A stretch of 64,000 nucleotides of DNA, taken from NCBI GenBank assembly GCA_035402825.1, contig DAONDZ010000001.1, positions 108,839 through 172,838 of the forward strand, in the 5' to 3' direction. Under the pieces are notes generated by a model. It was not told the DNA's origin. It saw only the letters and a list, made by a program, of their open reading frames with translations, and did no database searches. Positions 10,099 through 19,102 of the stretch are shown here, piece after piece; the stretch's first letter is position 1; the number at the start of each line of letters is the position of its first letter. A program made the position numbers and the translations under genes. The DNA comes from a bacterium (GTDB taxonomy: Bacteria > Patescibacteriota > Patescibacteriia > Patescibacteriales > UBA12465).

Positions 10099-10549
10099 TA
10101 ACTGCTCTCTTTTTTAAATTACTGAGCTCGCGCTCTACTTCTCGCTTCTTAATTACTTCCCGTTTATCATATTTCTTCCGACCCTGGCCTAAGCCAAACT
10201 CCAATTTTACGAAGCTGTTCTTAGTATATATTTTTATCGGCACCAGTGTCAAGCCAGAACCATGTTTTTTCCCAGCAATTTGGGCGATTTCTGACTTTTT
10301 CAAAAGCAATTTACGCGGCCTGACCGGATCATAGCCGGCCTTCAAGCCGGAAGCCGGTTTATACAAAGATATATGCGCCTTAAGGAGGTATAAATCGCCA
10401 TCTCTAAAGTCAATATAGCTCTCTTTTAAAGAGATATTGCCCTGTTTGACCGATTTTACCTCATGACCCAACAAAACTAGCCCGGCTTCATAAGAAACCA
10501 GGATTTCGTAGTCAAAAACGGCTCTTTTGTTGTTAGCTAATATCTTCAT
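10091..10549 (-). CDS. smpB: SsrA-binding protein SmpB
   Basis: NKRAVFDYEI...EAGLVLLGHEVKS...YIDF..GDLYLL..HISLYK. SD-like GGAGGGG lies just upstream. The TGA stop (10093..10091) lies inside the tmRNA 5' end. Confidence 0.9.
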   Translation of the reverse strand: MKILANNKRAVFDYEILVSYEAGLVLLGHEVKSVKQGNISLKESYIDFRDGDLYLLKAHISLYKPASGLKAGYDPVRPRKLLLKKSEIAQIAGKKHGSGLTLVPIKIYTKNSFVKLEFGLGQGRKKYDKREVIKKREVERELSNLKKRAVRG

Positions 10550-10616
10550 ACCCCTCCATATTGACTTATTTTATAGTTTATGTCAACCTGTACTATCGCT
10601 CATTAAAACTAAAGAC

Positions 10617-10952
10617 ATGATAACAATCACCGTATTGGGGCTGCCGCCCCGAGTAACCACGAAAACTCTGACAGCGCTGAAAAGCAGTCTGATCAATGAA
10701 GCTTTCCATGCTCCCAATAACGAGCATAACTTAAATGAAATAGTCTGTGTGATTCCCAAAGGAAGCTGGCCGGAACAAAAAATAATGATTCTGGTGGAAG
10801 GATTGTATTATAATCCTGACCGCAAGCAACGCTCCAAGAAGGAAGCAGCCAAAGAAATGGTCAGAATCACCGGGACCTTTTTCCCAAGCCTGAACATTCA
10901 TTGTCTGGTAGGCCCATTTGACCACTTACCAGGATTTTTCAAAAGGAAATAA
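10617..10952 (+). CDS. Hypothetical protein (about 111 aa)
   Basis: ORF on the opposite strand to its neighbours. I prefer the internal ATG (MITITVLGLPP) at 10617 over the track start at 10527, which overlaps smpB. No motif recognised. Confidence 0.4.
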   Translation: MITITVLGLPPRVTTKTLTALKSSLINEAFHAPNNEHNLNEIVCVIPKGSWPEQKIMILVEGLYYNPDRKQRSKKEAAKEMVRITGTFFPSLNIHCLVGPFDHLPGFFKRK

Positions 10953-10972
10953 AAAATAAATTGCTTTATCAA

Positions 10973-10998
10973 AAAACGGACCATCTGGCCCGTTTTTT
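10973..10998. terminator. Bidirectional hairpin between convergent genes
   Basis: ACGGACC / GGCCCGT stem (one mismatch) with loop ATCT, an A-run before and a T-run after. Confidence 0.45.
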
Positions 10999-11016
10999 AA
11001 TTTCTCTAAAAATATA

Positions 11017-12303
11017 TTAAGAAATATTCCACTCGCGCAATTTCTTGATAACTTTCTGGTTGGCTAAGATGTTGCCGATATAAGCGCGATAACCTTTTTC
11101 TTCGGTCATCTTCTGAACTTCAGGATTATTGCCATACTGCTCTTTCACTTCTTTAATCTTATGCTCAATATCCTCAGTGCTAATTTTCAAATCTTCCTTG
11201 ACCGCTATCTCTCTTAAAACTAAAGCGCTCTTTACTCTTTTCACAGCCATCGGCATCATCTCCATTACTAAATTTTCTTTAGTCTTCTTGATGCTGGCCA
11301 AATAATCTTCAAACTTACCGCCGTATTGAGCGATTTGCTGTTCTAATTCTCCCAACATCATCTGAGATTCATTTTGGACTAACAAATCAGGCAGATCACC
11401 GAACTTAGCATTATCAATAATCTTATCCAACATAGCGATTTCAGTTTTCTGTTCGTTTTTATGTTCTTGGATATGAGCCAAATTCTTTTTAGCTGCGGCT
11501 TCTAATTCAGCCAGAGTGCCAAATCCCAAACCTTTAGCAAATTCATTATCCAATACCGGACGCTCCCGATGATAGACCTCCTTAATCTTAACCTTAAAAT
11601 CCACCATCTTACCGGCCAAATGTTGCATATGATGATCAGCGGGATAAGGTAAGGAAAAATTAAGGTCGGCATCTTTCTTTTTGCCAATCAGTTGTTTGTC
11701 AAAACCAGGAATAAAATATTCTTTGCCAATCAAAATAGTAATATCTTGCGCTTGACCGCCTTCAGCCGGAACTTTATCTAAAAATAATTCCAAATTAGCA
11801 ATCACTTTATCACCGTCTTTTATTTCTTGATCAGAAATACTTTCAGTCACTTTCATTTCCGCTAAATCGTCCATGGATTTTTTTACCTCCGCATCTTTTA
11901 TCTCTACCCTCTCCTCTTTAATACCCAATTCTTTATAAGCTCCCAAAGTCACCTCCGGCAAAATAGCCACAGTCACTTTATACTCTAAAGGATTCTCCGG
12001 AGCTAATTTAGTTACTTCAACTTGCGGATTACCAATCGGGTTCTTGTCGGCCAAATGTTTTTCCATCACCTCATCAATAGTCTTGTGAATAGCCAAATGA
12101 GCAGCCTCTTCCAAGATAGCCATTTCACCGACTTTAGCCTTAATCATGTCATAAGGAACTTTGCCCGGACGGAAGCCCTCTACCTTCATATTCTTAGATA
12201 ATTCCTCGGCGCCTTTCTCCAAATAAGGAGCAAAGTCGCTTTGCGACAAAGAGACCACGGCCTCCACTTCAGATTTAGGCAAAATATTAACTTTAACTTC
12301 CAT
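11017..12303 (-). CDS. tig: Trigger factor
   Basis: MEVKVNILPKSEVEAVVSL...VEGFRPGKVPYDMIKAKVGE is the classic trigger factor N-terminus; 428 aa. Confidence 0.9.
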   Translation of the reverse strand: MEVKVNILPKSEVEAVVSLSQSDFAPYLEKGAEELSKNMKVEGFRPGKVPYDMIKAKVGEMAILEEAAHLAIHKTIDEVMEKHLADKNPIGNPQVEVTKLAPENPLEYKVTVAILPEVTLGAYKELGIKEERVEIKDAEVKKSMDDLAEMKVTESISDQEIKDGDKVIANLELFLDKVPAEGGQAQDITILIGKEYFIPGFDKQLIGKKKDADLNFSLPYPADHHMQHLAGKMVDFKVKIKEVYHRERPVLDNEFAKGLGFGTLAELEAAAKKNLAHIQEHKNEQKTEIAMLDKIIDNAKFGDLPDLLVQNESQMMLGELEQQIAQYGGKFEDYLASIKKTKENLVMEMMPMAVKRVKSALVLREIAVKEDLKISTEDIEHKIKEVKEQYGNNPEVQKMTEEKGYRAYIGNILANQKVIKKLREWNIS

Positions 12304-12370
12304 AATTTTAAAATTATAATTATTAGGTTTTTATTTTAACATTTAAAATATAAAAGGCAAGAGGCCGAAA

Positions 12371-12922
12371 TTAAATCCGATTCCGCTTTTTCAGCTCGAA
12401 AAAACAATCATGGCAAGCCAAGGTATCGGACAAAGCGGAATGAGCATTGTCAAAACCGCGGCCAAAAAGTTCAAAATGAAGATCGGTTAATTTAGGATAT
12501 TTGCCAAAAAACTTAGTCTGGCTGACCATCGTGCATAAAGCCGGCAAGTCAAAAAATTTGGGATAAATATTAAGGCGGGCAAACTCAGCTCCTAGAATAT
12601 GCTTATCAAAATGAAAATTGTGGGCAACTAAAGTAACCTCATCATTTTCGAGCAAGCGCTGAAAATGGGCAATGGCTTCTTCTATCTCCACTCCTTCCCG
12701 ACGAGCCCGCAAAGTATCAATGCCATGAATCTGAGCGGCGGCATCGGGAATTATAAACCCGCGCGGAATAATGATATATTCTCCCTGTTCCAATATCTTC
12801 CCGTCTTCGGAAAGGATAAAAGCCAACTGCACCATCCGCGGCCAATTGCTGGTCTCGGTATGAGGCAGATGATAATTCTTGGGCAATCCCGTGGTCTCAG
12901 TATCAAAAAATAGATATTTCAT
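12371..12922 (-). CDS. DEDDh 3'-5' exonuclease (DnaQ/epsilon-like), stand-alone
   Basis: Exo I FFDTETTGLP, Exo II LVAHNFHFDKHIL, Exo III HSALSDTLAC. ATG at 12922 has GGAG 5 nt upstream; the track start at 12940 is a TTG. Confidence 0.75.
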   Translation of the reverse strand: MKYLFFDTETTGLPKNYHLPHTETSNWPRMVQLAFILSEDGKILEQGEYIIIPRGFIIPDAAAQIHGIDTLRARREGVEIEEAIAHFQRLLENDEVTLVAHNFHFDKHILGAEFARLNIYPKFFDLPALCTMVSQTKFFGKYPKLTDLHFELFGRGFDNAHSALSDTLACHDCFFELKKRNRI

Positions 12923-12971
12923 ATGGCTCCAACTTAGCAAGAAAGCCGGGTCTGGTCAATAAAATAAAAAA

Positions 12972-12989
12972 CCCCGACCGAAATCGGGG
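12972..12989 (-). terminator. Rho-independent terminator
   Basis: CCCCGA / TCGGGG stem with a 6-nt loop. On the minus strand it is followed by TTTTTTATTTT. Confidence 0.65.
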
Positions 12990-12996
12990 CGTTTTC

Positions 12997-13644
12997 TTAG
13001 ACCTGTAAAGCTAAAGTTTCTAAAGCTTTTAAGGCGAAACTGGTAGCAATAATTCGGCTGCCGAAATAAACTTCTTCGGCGTTGTCCAATCTAAAGAGCG
13101 AGTCAAAGGGCCAGCCGCCATCGGGTTGCTGCAGATCCAATAACTGTTGCTTGTCTGCCTGCCAACGGCCGCCAAATTCCTGATTGACCATGATGCGCAT
13201 CGCCAAAGAAATGGGACTGCTGTTGATATTCAAAGCCCAAGACCTGATCATCATATCCGTAAAGATATGGCCCAATTCTCCTCCCCAGCGATTGGCTAGT
13301 TGCCAAGCGGCGTAGAAAAAATACATGGAACGATAACGCTGGTCTTCGGCCTCATCTTTGATCCGGGCATTGATAGCCCGCACGGTCTCATTGAGTTTCT
13401 CATGAACCGAACAGGGCGGACGCAATTGATAGAAATCAGAAATGAAACAAATGGATTGGCACATGGCCACATGATCCAAATGACTAGGCAGCGAGCTGGG
13501 AGCAAAATAAAACTTCAGCAGTCCATCTTCGTCTAAATTTTCAACAATCTTTTTGACAATGGCCGCGCAATCATTAGGATCAACTGCTCCATAGCGGATT
13601 AAAGCGGACAAGGCGGTAGCGGTAGTATGAATATCAGGAGGCAT
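12997..13644 (-). CDS. Prenyltransferase/squalene-cyclase-repeat (alpha/alpha toroid) protein, C-terminal 215-aa part
   Basis: TTATALSALIRYG and QQPDGGWPFDSLF resemble prenyltransferase/terpene-cyclase repeat motifs (QxxDGGW). It starts directly after an in-frame TGA that ends the upstream ORF. Confidence 0.55.
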   Translation of the reverse strand: MPPDIHTTATALSALIRYGAVDPNDCAAIVKKIVENLDEDGLLKFYFAPSSLPSHLDHVAMCQSICFISDFYQLRPPCSVHEKLNETVRAINARIKDEAEDQRYRSMYFFYAAWQLANRWGGELGHIFTDMMIRSWALNINSSPISLAMRIMVNQEFGGRWQADKQQLLDLQQPDGGWPFDSLFRLDNAEEVYFGSRIIATSFALKALETLALQV

Positions 13645-13932
13645 TCATTTTTCATCCTTGAAGAAATGAAAGACGAAATCATCTTGAAAATTTTTCAGGA
13701 GATGCGCCACTAATTCATTGCGATAGAGGAAACGTTCTGAGGAATGTGATAAGACGGTAATAGCGGTAGCGGCTTCTTCCCAGGCTGGCAGGAGTTGATC
13801 TTCGTCTCCGCCCGCCGGACGATAGCGGCTAAAATAGCTATTAAAGTTACCAGAGGCAAAACGTTTATTCAAAAAATCATAGCCCCGACTGATAGGGGGC
13901 ATAAACACCGAATTCTTAACTTTCTTTCCCAT
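13645..13932 (-). CDS. N-terminal 95-aa part of the same toroid-repeat protein (separate ORF or interrupted gene)
   Basis: Same frame as 12997..13644, separated only by TGA (13647..13645) followed by ATG. Contains the helix-repeat-like segment LPAWEEAATAITVLSH. Confidence 0.4.
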   Translation of the reverse strand: MGKKVKNSVFMPPISRGYDFLNKRFASGNFNSYFSRYRPAGGDEDQLLPAWEEAATAITVLSHSSERFLYRNELVAHLLKNFQDDFVFHFFKDEK

Positions 13933-14007
13933 GATTTTTAGTATTATTAAGGTTCAACATTCTTTCTATCCTATTATCTTGCCGGTCAAAAGTCAAGGAT
14001 ATAAAAA

Positions 14008-14029
14008 ACAGTCGAATCGCTCCGACTGT
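14008..14029 (-). terminator. Rho-independent terminator
   Basis: ACAGTCG / CGACTGT stem with an 8-nt loop. On the minus strand it is followed by TTTTTTAT. Confidence 0.6.
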
Positions 14030-14052
14030 TTTGTAAAATCTAATTAGCAGCT

Positions 14053-15018
14053 TTATTTCTTCACCAGAACAACAGCCGCGCCAAGAGTATCCAGATTATT
14101 TATGAGATATAAATCTTTCTCCCGATAATATTTTAGGGAAATTTTTTTAAACCCCAAGAAACAACGATTAAAACCGGTTTCGTTCAGAAAAATTAAAGTT
14201 TCCCGCAAGTCGGCAAAACGATACCCCGGGCCGCTAACAACCATCCCTAATTCCGCATCGGCTAGGTCAACAAATCTTAGTCGCAACTTGACTTCCCTTC
14301 TTCTTCCCGCCGGGGTTATCATCCCATATGCGGAGACAAGTTTTTTAGCGGCTCTATCCTCCACCAAAAAATCTCCAGGACACAAGGCTTCAGCCGGTTC
14401 GGAATAATCAATTAAAATCTTCATTCGATGCAAACCGGCAGCGTGCAAAAGCCCCAACAAAAATGGCGCCGATGAAAAAATAACAAAATGCAGAGCGACA
14501 CTGAAGAAAAGCGAATTCAAAATAGTGGCAGCCAATAAGACCGCTAAAAAGACGGACCAGGCCAGAAATGAAATGAGCAGAAACACATGATTGCGTTCTC
14601 CCAGCATTCCCTTTTTGAATTTGCGGTGCAGCAATGTCGCACAGATAAAAATCAGGACAAACCAGATGAGATAACTCCATTTCAAAAAATAGTCCGGAGT
14701 TTCATCAATGGTCTCCCGAGGATAACCGGCGGAATAATTAATCGGGATAATGGTTTGATTCTGACAAGCGTAATAACGATGCAGGGACTGAATATAAACC
14801 TTGGGGACTACCCCAAAATCCACTTGCAAATAATTTTCAGCCCGATCAACAATTAGACCGTCAGCCATCATCTCTAACTCCGGAACGGAAAACTGCGCTG
14901 CCAAATTATCTTTGACGATAGCTTTAACTTCTTTATCAGCCCGAGGCAGATGAAAATAGTCAGAGCAACCGGCGCTCAACAGGAGCACCAACAGAGAGAA
15001 AAACCATAACTTTTTCAT
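14053..15018 (-). CDS. Hypothetical lipoprotein with central polytopic membrane segment (321 aa)
   Basis: Signal peptide plus lipobox LLLSAGC, then 3-4 hydrophobic helices (aa about 115-200). Insulated by terminators on both sides. Confidence 0.5.
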   Translation of the reverse strand: MKKLWFFSLLVLLLSAGCSDYFHLPRADKEVKAIVKDNLAAQFSVPELEMMADGLIVDRAENYLQVDFGVVPKVYIQSLHRYYACQNQTIIPINYSAGYPRETIDETPDYFLKWSYLIWFVLIFICATLLHRKFKKGMLGERNHVFLLISFLAWSVFLAVLLAATILNSLFFSVALHFVIFSSAPFLLGLLHAAGLHRMKILIDYSEPAEALCPGDFLVEDRAAKKLVSAYGMITPAGRRREVKLRLRFVDLADAELGMVVSGPGYRFADLRETLIFLNETGFNRCFLGFKKISLKYYREKDLYLINNLDTLGAAVVLVKK

Positions 15019-15099
15019 GATTATGTCGTTTAATTAATATTTGAATGAACTAGTATTGACCTCTTAAAATATCACCGATTATATCCGCTGTCAAATAAA

Positions 15100-15123
15100 G
15101 AAGAGCCCGGCTAAGGGCTCTTC
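15100..15123 (-). terminator. Rho-independent terminator after hppA
   Basis: GAAGAGCCC / GGGCTCTTC stem with a 6-nt loop. TTTATTT follows on the minus strand. Confidence 0.6.
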
Positions 15124-15147
15124 TTCGTATATTCCCAACAAATTATT

Positions 15148-17139
15148 TTAGACCAATAAACCGATAATCAACAAGGCAACGATATTCAAAATTTTAATCA
15201 TCGGGTTAATAGCCGGGCCAGCAGTGTCCTTATAAGGATCACCCACGGTATCGCCAGTCACTGCCGCCTTATGAGCGTCAGAACCTTTGCCGCCGAAGTG
15301 GCCGGATTCAATATATTTCTTGGCATTGTCCCAAGCACCGCCACCGGAGGTCATAGAAATAGCCACGAAGATACCGGTGATAATAGAACCGACTAACAAG
15401 CCGCCTAAAGCCTGAACACCCAAAAGCAAACCAACTAAAATCGGAGCGACCACCGGAATCAAAGCCGGAATAATCATTTCTTTGATAGCGGCTTTGGTAA
15501 CGATATCCACGGTGCGGCTATAATCCGGTTTCTCGGTGTTCTGCATAATACCCGGCTTCTCTTTAAATTGAGCGCGCACATCTTCCACTACTGAGCCGGC
15601 AGCTTTGCCGACAGCCTGCATGGAAAGAGCTCCGAAATAATACGGCAACAATCCGCCGATGAATAAACCAACGAGGACATATGGATCGCTGATTAAGAAA
15701 TAAACGGATTGACCCAAAGCTTCCAAGCTATGAGTAAAATCAGCGAATAATACTAAGGCGGCTAAAGCGGCCGAACCGATAGCATAACCCTTAGTAACAG
15801 CTTTGGTAGTATTTCCCACGGCGTCTAAAGGATCAGTAATATTTCTGACATCATCACCCATCTCCGCCATTTCGGCGATACCACCGGCGTTGTCAGTAAT
15901 CGGACCGTAAGCATCAATAGTAACGATAATACCGGCCATAGATAACATTGCCATGGCGGCCACGGCGATACCATATAACCCAGCCAAACCATAAGCACCC
16001 AAAATAGCTAGAGCGATAACAATCACCGGCCAAGCGGTTGATTTCATAGACACTGCCAAACCAGCAATGATATTAGTACCGTGTCCGGTGCGAGATGCTT
16101 CGGCAATATCTTTCACCGGTTTAAATTTGGTGGAAGTAAAATACTCGGTAATGAAAACCAATAATCCAGTCACCACCAAACCGATCAATGAAGCTAAATA
16201 CAAATTAACCACACCATAAACTCCGTTATCCTTCATTAGCCAATTAGTAATCGGATAAAAAGCGATAGCGCCTAAAACACCGGCGGCAATCAATCCTTTA
16301 TACAATGCCTGCATGATGTTTTGCTTCTTGCCTAAGCGAATAAAGAAGATGCCGGCAATGGAAGCTAAAATGGACACTCCGCCCAACACTAACGGGAAGA
16401 TAATGGCTTGAGGCAATTCTTTGAAGAATAACCCGCCCAAAATCATGGCGGCAATGGAAGTCACAGCATAAGTTTCAAATAAGTCAGCAGCCATACCAGC
16501 GCAATCACCGACGTTGTCGCCGACGTTGTCAGCAATCACTGCCGGGTTTCTCGGATCGTCTTCCGGGATGCTAGCCTCAACTTTGCCGACTAAATCAGCG
16601 CCGACATCAGCAGCCTTGGTATAAATACCGCCGCCGAGCCGAGCAAAGATAGAAATTAAAGAACCGCCGAAACCGAAACCGATCAAAGCGGATAAATCTT
16701 TAGTGATCAAATAGAAACCAGCGGTACCTAATAAAGCTAAGCCCACCACCAACATACCGGTGATGCTGCCGCCTTTAACCGCGACATTCAAAGCTTTGGC
16801 TAAGCCCTTGCGAGCCGCTTCAGCGGTTCTGACATTAGCTCGTACCGAGATATTCATGCCGATATATCCGGTCAAAGCGGAAAAGCCGGCTCCCAAGACA
16901 AAGGCTAAACCGGTTTTAAGATTCAATAACAAAGAAATTAATACGAACAAAACCGCGGCGACGATAGCCACAGTTTTATATTGGCGATTCAAAAACGCCT
17001 TAGCTCCAGCTTGGATAGCTTGAGCGATTTCTTGCATCCGTTCGTTGCCGGCCGGAAGTTTTAAGATAGCCTTGATGGAAATCAGGCCATAGATGATAGC
17101 GGCTAAAGCGCTACCGATGATGAGCAGGGTCGTTGCCAT
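15148..17139 (-). CDS. hppA: Membrane-bound ion-translocating pyrophosphatase
   Basis: [39 protein letters not shown] and [14 protein letters not shown] motifs; 663 aa and polytopic. Confidence 0.92.
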   Translation of the reverse strand: MATTLLIIGSALAAIIYGLISIKAILKLPAGNERMQEIAQAIQAGAKAFLNRQYKTVAIVAAVLFVLISLLLNLKTGLAFVLGAGFSALTGYIGMNISVRANVRTAEAARKGLAKALNVAVKGGSITGMLVVGLALLGTAGFYLITKDLSALIGFGFGGSLISIFARLGGGIYTKAADVGADLVGKVEASIPEDDPRNPAVIADNVGDNVGDCAGMAADLFETYAVTSIAAMILGGLFFKELPQAIIFPLVLGGVSILASIAGIFFIRLGKKQNIMQALYKGLIAAGVLGAIAFYPITNWLMKDNGVYGVVNLYLASLIGLVVTGLLVFITEYFTSTKFKPVKDIAEASRTGHGTNIIAGLAVSMKSTAWPVIVIALAILGAYGLAGLYGIAVAAMAMLSMAGIIVTIDAYGPITDNAGGIAEMAEMGDDVRNITDPLDAVGNTTKAVTKGYAIGSAALAALVLFADFTHSLEALGQSVYFLISDPYVLVGLFIGGLLPYYFGALSMQAVGKAAGSVVEDVRAQFKEKPGIMQNTEKPDYSRTVDIVTKAAIKEMIIPALIPVVAPILVGLLLGVQALGGLLVGSIITGIFVAISMTSGGGAWDNAKKYIESGHFGGKGSDAHKAAVTGDTVGDPYKDTAGPAINPMIKILNIVALLIIGLLV

Positions 17140-17197
17140 AAATTAAATATGCAGGCTGAGGGCAAGATAAGCATCTAGCCGTTAACCTGACGCTAAA

Positions 17198-18448
17198 TTA
17201 TTTTTCTTCTTTTTTAGTTTTTTTAACTGTCTTCTTAGCCTTAGATTTTTTCTCGGTCGCTACTTCTTCTTCGGCCGGAGCGGATTCCGCAACAGCTTCT
17301 TCAACCACTTCCGGGGCAGCAACAGCAGCAGTCTCTTCGTCAGAAATAATATCAATTTTCCAGCCGGTGAGCTTGGCAGCCAAACGAACATTCTGGCCGC
17401 TCTTGCCAATGGCTAAAGATAATTTATCCGGACTGACTTTGACGGTGGCGCGACGTTCTTTATCATCTAAAGTGATGCTAATAACTTTGGCCGGAGACAA
17501 GGCGTTGGAAATAAACTTAATCGGGTCTTCATCATATTCAATAATATCCACCTTCTCACCGCCTAATTCATTGATGATAGTCTGGATACGAGCACCTCGT
17601 TGACCTACGCAAGAACCGACTGGATCAATATTTTCTGAATCGGTAGAAATAGCTACCTTAGAACGGGAGCCGGCTTCTCGGGCCACGCTTTCAATTTTCA
17701 CTAAGCCATTGGATATTTCCGGAATTTCTAAATAGAAAACTTTTTTCAAAATTTCTTCACTGCGGCGCGACAAAATAATCTCCGCTCCTTTCTGACCAGA
17801 ACGGACTTCTTTGACATAAACCTTCAAGCGAGCGTTCAAGGCATAATTTTCTCCCGGGATTTGTTCTTCCAGCGGCAAAATACCAATAGCCTTTCCAAGG
17901 TCTACAAAGACCAAGCGGCCTTCCTGACGTTGGACAATACCGGAAACCACTTCATGCTCCTTGTCCTTAAACTCATTGAACACCATATCCCGCTCCACTT
18001 CTCTTAATTTCTGGATAATAACCTGCTTGGCAGTTTGAGCAGCCATGCGACCGTAGTCAGACGGCTCCGGAAGCTCCATAATAATTTCTTCGCCTAATTC
18101 AGCGTCAGACTTAATCAACAAAGCGTCCTTTAACTGAATCTCAGTTTTAGGATTAAAGCGCTTTTTGATTTCGCCGTTTTCATCTTCCACTTCCGGCAAT
18201 GGAACGTATTCTTCGCTCTCCAAGGCGGCTAATTCCTCTTCTGGCAAATCTTCCACCACGGTTTTGACATCATAAATCTGAGAATGAGCAGTCTCGGGGT
18301 TGAATTTCACTTTAATGTTTTGGTTCTTCTGACCAAAATCTTTGCGATAAGCGGCGGCTAAAGCCAGCTCAATAGTGGAGAGCACGGCATCGTAGTCCAG
18401 CTTCTTTTCTTCGCAAATTTGCTTGATAGCACTAGATATTTCCGACAT
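17198..18448 (-). CDS. nusA: Transcription termination/antitermination factor NusA with Lys/Glu tail
   Basis: S1 region VSGIVQRQEGRLVFVDLG, KH regions DPVGSCVGQRGARIQ and LAIGKSGQNVRLAAKLTGWKIDI. Confidence 0.9.
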   Translation of the reverse strand: MSEISSAIKQICEEKKLDYDAVLSTIELALAAAYRKDFGQKNQNIKVKFNPETAHSQIYDVKTVVEDLPEEELAALESEEYVPLPEVEDENGEIKKRFNPKTEIQLKDALLIKSDAELGEEIIMELPEPSDYGRMAAQTAKQVIIQKLREVERDMVFNEFKDKEHEVVSGIVQRQEGRLVFVDLGKAIGILPLEEQIPGENYALNARLKVYVKEVRSGQKGAEIILSRRSEEILKKVFYLEIPEISNGLVKIESVAREAGSRSKVAISTDSENIDPVGSCVGQRGARIQTIINELGGEKVDIIEYDEDPIKFISNALSPAKVISITLDDKERRATVKVSPDKLSLAIGKSGQNVRLAAKLTGWKIDIISDEETAAVAAPEVVEEAVAESAPAEEEVATEKKSKAKKTVKKTKKEEK

Positions 18449-18471
18449 ATAGTTATACTTATTTATAAAAA

Positions 18472-18495
18472 TAGACTGATGTTATGATCAGTCTA
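18472..18495 (-). terminator. Hairpin plus T-tract between the P-loop gene and nusA
   Basis: TAGACTGAT / ATCAGTCTA 9-bp stem with a 6-nt loop. TTTTTAT follows on the minus strand. Confidence 0.5.
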
Positions 18496-18500
18496 CTAAT

Positions 18501-18529
18501 ATTATACAAACATTCGTCTGATTAGTCAA
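18501..18529 (-). promoter_or_regulatory. Near-consensus sigma70-type promoter upstream of nusA
   Basis: On the minus strand: TTGACT (18529..18524), a 17-nt spacer, then TATAAT (18506..18501). Confidence 0.5.
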
Positions 18530-18534
18530 TTGTC

Positions 18535-19101
18535 TCAAATCTCACCAATAAACCGCAATACCCTGTCAATCGCCTCCTGATCAGGCAAAGAGCTCATTTC
18601 AATCTCTAAATAAGGCAAACGACTGGCTTGCAACTTTTTTCGATACAATCTTTGTTGTTGGATATAAAAACTCGGCTCCTTAGCTATGCGCTGATAATGA
18701 GGATAAAGCCGCAAGCGGTCGGCCAATCTCTTTTGCAATAACTCTTCGTCTTCGGGAAAGCTTAAAAAAATTATTTTATACCCTAAAGCCTGCAGCTTCT
18801 TCTCGGTCCGATTATACCGAATAGTTTTCCGCCGATACATAAAATTATAAACGATATCGGTCAGATGAAATTTTTCTAAAATAACATTGTCCGCTGCCAA
18901 AGTTTTGAGAATCTTTAAATAGCTCTTAATTATCTTCTCGCCCCTATCAGAACCGAAGAATCCCAAATCGCAATTAAACCAATAGCAACCGTCCAAGCGA
19001 TTCGGGCCTTGATGATATTTAGCTTCCAAGAAATTATAAACCTGAGACATCACAAAACTCTTGCCTGACAATTCTGCTCCTTCAAAAATCAAGTGAGTCA
19101 T
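18535..19101 (-). CDS. P-loop kinase-like protein (nucleoside/nucleotide kinase fold suspected)
   Basis: N-terminal LIFEGAELSGKSF is a Walker-A-like GxxxxGKS. At 188 aa it matches small kinases in size. Specificity unknown. Confidence 0.4.
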   Translation of the reverse strand: MTHLIFEGAELSGKSFVMSQVYNFLEAKYHQGPNRLDGCYWFNCDLGFFGSDRGEKIIKSYLKILKTLAADNVILEKFHLTDIVYNFMYRRKTIRYNRTEKKLQALGYKIIFLSFPEDEELLQKRLADRLRLYPHYQRIAKEPSFYIQQQRLYRKKLQASRLPYLEIEMSSLPDQEAIDRVLRFIGEI

Positions 19102-19102
19102 A

